Assembly (NCBI GenBank): GCA_951406725.2 | Contig: OX597837.1 | Span: forward strand, 43,338,001 to 43,402,000 | Source: Octopus vulgaris | Taxonomy: Eukaryota | Length of the DNA: 64,000 nt | Direction of reading: 5' to 3' | Part shown: piece by piece, positions 57,676-64,000 of the stretch | Layout: each line of letters starts with the position of its first letter | Position numbering within the stretch: the first letter of the stretch is position 1 | Position numbers and translations under genes: made by a program | The notes under the pieces: model-generated | Told to the model about the DNA's origin: nothing | The model's database searches: none | Seen by the model: the letters and a program-made list of their open reading frames with translations, nothing else

Positions 57676-58227
57676 TACAATACCATTTCAACTGTTCTTA
57701 TTTAATAACTGCGTTGTTTCGTTTCAGTTAAACTGACATCTGACTGTTCAAAGATTTATAACGTAACTACTAGCGACCTCTCTTGAAAATGAACAAAATT
57801 TGTCATCATGATGTTATCAAGTGCTTCGTATGCATGTGACAACTGAATCCGACGAACTTTGTAGCAGAAATATTTATGGTTCAACTGAGGGGAAAGCGGC
57901 TGCCGTAAAGCACTGTGCAAATTAGGCAACTAGGATATACTTCGTCATTCATTGCATCTTTCTCTCTCCGCAGTCGTCTAGACCTGGTCTTGCCACTGGA
58001 TTAAACATGATAACGGATAAGAGACTAAGTTCAAAAGTATGTAACTCATCTTGATTTTAATCTAAGACACTGCACAAGACATTAATCATATCCACGACGA
58101 CTAGATAACCATCATCGTTCCGACGCATGAACATGATAACGAAGATAACAAAAGTTCTAAGAAGCTGGCCGAAGAGATACATTCAGAAGAATTAGAGTTG
58201 CAAACCCATGCTGTTGTATATATAATA

Positions 58228-58617
58228 CCCATGGAAGCACTCCGTCGGTTACGACGACGAGGGTTCCGGTTGATCCGAATCAACGGAACAGCCTGCTCGT
58301 GAAATTAACGTGTAAGTGGCTGATCACTCCACAGACACGTGTACCCTTAACGTAGTTCTCGGGGATATTCAGCGTGACACAGAAAGTGACAAGGCCGGCC
58401 CTTTGAAATACAGGTACAACAGAAACAGGAAGTAAGAGTGAGAGAAAGTTATGGTGAAAGAGTACAACAGGAATCACCACCGTCCCCTGCCGGAGCCTCG
58501 TGGTGCTTTTAGGTGTTTTCGCTCAATAAACACTCACAACGCCCGGTCTGGGAATAGAAACCGCGATCCTACGACCGCGAGTCCGCTGCCTTAACCACTG
58601 GGCCATTGCGCCTCCAC
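58228..58617 (-). mobile_element. SINE group A, full length, T1 tail
   Basis: Reverse complement of 54714-55100. TSD tgtatatataata at 58215-58227 and 58618-58630. Confidence 0.92.
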
Positions 58618-59081
58618 TGTATATATAATAGACGATAATCGAAGCAGAGCGGCAATTTAAACTGCAAGAAATAACGAAGGATGATGATAATGAATCTAGT
58701 AACAAGGCTAATAGCAATTACTCACATAAACACGTCAAGCCGCTAACACAGGAAAATATTCTCTCCTATCTCGTTAAAATATTATGACTTCCAAGATAAT
58801 TAGAAGACATACGGATGTAACTACTTATATTACTAAATCAGGCAAGATACTTCCACGATTCTAACTATGGGTGTTTTATTACTTTCCTTTTTATTTTTAA
58901 GCATTGAAGCTGTTGTATAATCTAGTTGCGATATACTGTTGGCTGGTCACTTATACCAAAGGTAAACGGAACTCGTTAAAGGCATGTAACGTACGCCTAA
59001 TAATTTCAAAATTAACATCGTTTAGCCATTTAATTGCTGTTCCTCACAAAATGGTGTATATATATATGTATATATATATAC

Positions 59082-59116
<35 letters not shown>

Positions 59117-59286
59117 AATAGTTATAGATATAGATATAATTGTTGTGTCTGGGGAGAGTCATACTGCTTTAATATCTAACACACTCAGATACAAGAACAT
59201 ATATATATTCACTTATATATAACATATATATACATACATATAAATTACATATATATATATATACATAATTATAAATTATATAGATT

Positions 59287-59330
<44 letters not shown>

Positions 59331-59809
59331 AATATCTCTCTCCCTCTTTGGTGTAGATGTGTTTATGTTCCCGTAACATTAGCAGTTCAGCAAAAGACAT
59401 CGATTAAACACTCTTCAAGGCAGTGCCTCAGCGCAGCCGCAGTGTAATGACAGATTATAAAAAGTAAAAAGCGAAGTTATAAATTACATTAAATTAGTTT
59501 TAGGAATCTGTCATTAGACCTAAAAGCAAGCAGGCATAAGTAGCTTAAGTACTATCAGTTAAATGTATTGATAGTATTAAGGTATACTCAACCAGCTAAA
59601 TATAACCCATTAATCTTATTACTATTAATTGAGATCTATATTGCATTATCTGGCGAGAATTTTTTTCAGCTTTTTTAGAAAACGAATTATTCATTGATTA
59701 CAGCGTTTGTAGCTGTAATAGTCTCTCTTGTGGTTCTTTTAGTTGCTGTTGCTGTTTTTGCAACTAGTGCAAACCAGACAACAATTTTTCCACAATTTTC
59801 TGAATTTTC

Positions 59810-59948
59810 TGTTGTGTCTGGGGAGAGTCATTCTCTTTTAGTGCTTTATTATTTAACACACTCACTGGTAAAATTTCCACTTATTTTTTAAATTTTTATC
59901 TTCCTAAAATTTTCGTTGCGTCTTGCAACCTTTTCAATAGTCTTGACT
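59810..59948 (-). repeat. Dispersed repeat with a variant hammerhead-like motif (partial copy at 59141-59188)
   Basis: gttgtgtctggggagagtcat occurs twice; minus strand cta TTGAAAA g gttgc-aagac-gcaac GAAA attt tag. Confidence 0.5.
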
Positions 59949-60134
59949 CTGTCCGTTATTTACACTGCGTTTCCTCTTGTTTGTTTGTGCGCATGTGTGG
60001 GGGTCAATGGGTCAGTATTGTGTATGCCTATACATGCATGCATGTACGTATATATGTGTGTGTTTGCATGTGTATGTATGTATATATGTGTGTGTATGCA
60101 TATGTATGTATGTATGTGTGTGCATCGGTATGTA

Positions 60135-60913
60135 CGGCGAGCTGGCAGAGATGTTAGCACACCAGACGAAATACTCAGCGGTATTTCGTTTGCCGCTACG
60201 TTCTGAGTTCAAATTCCGCCGAGGTCGACTTTGCCTTTCATCCTTTCGGGGTCGATTAAATAAGTACCAGTTACTCACTGGGGTCGATGTAATCGACTTG
60301 ATCCGTTTGTCTGTCCTTGTTTGCCCCTCTGTGTTTAGCCCCTTGTGGGTAGTAAAGAAACAGGTATTTCCTCTGCCGCTACGTTCTGAGTTCAAATTCC
60401 GCCGAGGTCGACTTTGCCTTTCATCCTTTCGGGGTCGATTAAATAAGTACCAGTTACGCACTGGGGTCGATGTAATCGACTTGATCCGTTTGTCTGTCCT
60501 TGTTTGTCTCCTCCGTGTTTAGCCCCTTGTGGGTAGTAAAGAAATAGGTATTTCGTCTGTCTTTACGTTCTGAGTTCAAATTCCGCCGAGGTCGACATCG
60601 CCTTTCATCCTTTCGGGGTCGATTAAATAAGTACCAGTTACGCACTGGGTCCATATAATCGACTTAATCCGTTTGTCTGTCCTTGTTTGTCCCCTCCGTG
60701 TTTAGCCCCTTGTGGGTAGTAAAGAAATAGGTATTTCGTCTGTCTTTACGTTCTGAGTTCAAATTCCGCCGAGGTCGACTTTGCCTTTCATCCTTTCGGG
60801 GTCGATTAATTAAGTACCAGTTACTCACTGGGGTCGATGTAATCGACTTAATCCGTTCGTCTGTCCTTGTTTGTCCCCTCCGTGTTTAGCCCCTCGTGGG
60901 TAGTAAAGAAGTA
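60135..60913 (+). mobile_element. SINE group D tetramer: one head plus four 183-184 bp units
   Basis: Units start gtatttc at 60181, 60364, 60548 and 60731. TSD ggtatgtacg at 60127-60136 and 60914-60923. Confidence 0.95.
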
Positions 60914-61341
60914 GGTATGTACGTATCCTGCATATTTATGTGCTTGCCTGTCCGTGTTTGTGTATTTTCTATGTGTATGTGTGCGTGTGTGTGAGCATGT
61001 GTTTGTCTATGTATGCACCTCTGTCTCCTTGTGTGTGTCGTAAAATTCGCAGAAAAAATGTTGCGAGTTTACCTAACTCCTTGTCAGTTTCATCATTCCT
61101 CGTGACTTTGTTAATTTGTCGTCGCCATTGTTGTAAAACTTTTGTCGGACTGTTATCACGCTCACTGCAGTATAGCAGTATAATTAGTTAGACTAGTAAG
61201 ACCACGACTATCTATGACTGTCTAACTTCATACTCTCTCTTATACTGACACTGACTGACATTATTTATTATGACTAGCACCAATAAGTGAGGCGGGTCTC
61301 CCTTCGATATGTCATGATTCTTTATTCGTTCTCTTAATCAA

Positions 61342-61439
<98 letters not shown>

Positions 61440-61646
61440 AAAGTTATACAGACATACCTATGCATATATATATATATATGTATACGAAGATGGGTGCATA
61501 ATGTTATACATACATTTATCCACGCATATATATGTATGTGTACATCTGTTTATCGCTGTATATATCTATATGTATATACATGTATGCATATATACATATA
61601 TCCATTTATGCATATATATATATATATATACCTTTACATATATATA

Positions 61647-61703
<57 letters not shown>

Positions 61704-61847
61704 TGCAGCATGGCCACAGCTCATAAGCTGAAACTGGAATCAATCAATCAATCAATATATATATATACATACATATATATGCATGTATGTATATATATGT
61801 ATGCATGTATTCATGTATATATATATATATGAATATATATATATATA

Positions 61848-61964
61848 TGGCCTGGTCACTTAGCCAGCGGGGTGGCGTCATTTGAAGGCTAAAACAATGC
61901 GAAGCGCATTGTGACCAGCGATGTATAGCAACATCTGATAGCCTAGTCGGTCACGGTGGTCACG

Positions 61965-61968
<4 letters not shown>
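61848..61968 (+). mobile_element. Isolated T2 tail (5'-truncated SINE or LINE end) inside (TA)n
   Basis: Reverse complement of 45531-45650. Confidence 0.8.
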
Positions 61969-62006
<38 letters not shown>

Positions 62007-62012
62007 TATATT

Positions 62013-62047
<35 letters not shown>

Positions 62048-62837
62048 ATATATACGGTGAGTACTGTTTTATCTCATTCGTGGTATGCATTCCACGTACT
62101 GTATATACTTATGCATGTATACACTAATGCATACAAACATGGATACATACATACATATACAGAAAACACATATATACACCTCCCCATATATATATATATG
62201 TATGTATACTGCATCCATATACAAACACACCGTTAATCATAACATGCAAGCGCTTTGTAGTGAAACTTAACGAACATTTCAAAATAATATCAAATAGGAA
62301 TTTTTCGGAACTCACTATGACATAATTAAAAAGCTGGTAGTACAATATTTAATGAGTTCTTCTCATTTCTACGTTTGATATGGAAACGGAATGGACAATT
62401 TAATTATGTAATTAGCAGAATATATAAGAAAAAGAAAATACAATAAGGAACCAATTAAATATTTAAAATCATTGATTGATAATAGGTTTGGATCTAAACT
62501 CCTTTGAATTTTTCCAAAAATGTGTAAGTAAATGAATACGTAGGAGGAAGAATTATAATGAATTTCATTTGGAAAAAAAAACATAAGCTAAAATCTTGCC
62601 ATCATTCTGGTGCTATTTATGAAACTCGGTTTCGTTTACACCACACACACACAAACACAAACACAGATACATATATATATGACAGCGTATATGCGTGTGT
62701 GTATACATGCACATATAACTAAACACGTACGTACAATTTACGAGGCAAATATATATATATATAGAGATTTACAGGCATATATGTGTGTATACGTACAAGC
62801 ATGCACACACACACATACACAGATACACACACGCACG

Positions 62838-62873
<36 letters not shown>

Positions 62874-63045
62874 CACATATACATCTACATCAGAGACACA
62901 CTGATTGGTAGATTGATGCCTTTGAAAAAATTTTAATTTGCCGTTTACCAGTACCGGTATATATAAGTATACATATACATACATACATATATATATATAT
63001 ATCAATCTATTTAACTATCTATCTATCCATCTATCAATCTATATA

Positions 63046-63144
<99 letters not shown>

Positions 63145-63145
63145 T

Positions 63146-63213
<68 letters not shown>

Positions 63214-63503
63214 TAAAGGCAATTCTGCATCATAGGGCTATGCTGGTTCTACACAGTCATAGTAACAAAACCCAGATGTTGGGTTCGACAGAGCTCGTTT
63301 CCAGATTCCGTGTTTCTGTAGTGCCAAGTTTTAAACGGAATTCTAGCGTAGCCGCCATTTGACCAATGATTTAAAAGTACGAGAAACGATGCAAATGTCC
63401 ATCAGTGTGAGCGAGCACACACACACACCCACTCGACAACGCTGACACAGGTGATCGACACATTTTAGTCACTAACAGGTGATGATAAATCTCCGTCATA
63501 TAC

Positions 63504-63534
<31 letters not shown>

Positions 63535-63625
63535 TGTATGTATGAATGTATGTATGTATGTATGTATGTATGTATGTATGTATGTATGTATGTGCACATA
63601 CATACATACATACAAGCATGCATAC

Positions 63626-63660
<35 letters not shown>

Positions 63661-63983
63661 CATACATACATACACGAAACATTCGAAGTATCAAGTCTTG
63701 TATTTGGCGTGGAAGACTATTTATCGAAAATACGATGAATACTCTCTCCAATTTTGGAGCTACAACTAGCAGCCTTGTTAAATAACTGGTTAATCTTCTT
63801 ATGAATTAACCGAGGGAGCCTTTCACTCACGAATGTAGCGATTTTCGACTGAAACTTGGATTCAGCGTGCAGAGAGTGACTACAAGCAACATGGCCGGAC
63901 ACAACATCAACAACAACACGATCGAGGAACAGAACAAAAGCAACAGCTCAACAGGTAAACAATTACTTCCTAGCTGTAGTTAG

Positions 63984-64000
63984 GTGGAGGCGTAATGGCC
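63984..64000 (+). mobile_element. Start of a SINE group A head, cut by the window edge
   Basis: gtggaggcgtaatggcc matches the start of 54714. Confidence 0.55.

Noticed and set aside
60181-60913. CRISPR array or classical retrozyme
   Set aside because: Units are near-identical throughout, with no unique spacers and no cas genes. No CUGANGA/GAAA hammerhead core was found on either strand of the unit.

Overview
AT-rich, microsatellite-saturated eukaryotic DNA, intronic or intergenic. The SINE repertoire and repeat style point to a coleoid cephalopod, probably Octopus; this is an inference with no database check. I find no intact protein-coding gene, and nearly all ORFs in the track are translations of simple repeats. 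The window holds (i) about 40 copies of four tRNA-derived SINE groups (my labels A-D), several with clear target-site duplications (TSDs); (ii) decayed hAT, DD37D/maT Tc1-mariner, R4/Dong and possibly Gypsy and Helitron relics; (iii) several minimal type-I hammerhead ribozyme motifs of the Penelope-like-element kind, including an inverted pair and one carried by a tRNA-headed element that inserted as a unit; (iv) SINE-D arrays that appear to grow by insertion into an internal copy of their own GGTATTT target motif; (v) an old palindrome centred near 34.95 kb, flanked by two convergent hAT relics sharing lesions; and (vi) a duplicated TATA/ATG/splice-donor module on the minus strand. Coordinates were read by eye, so repeat ends are approximate except where TSDs are quoted.
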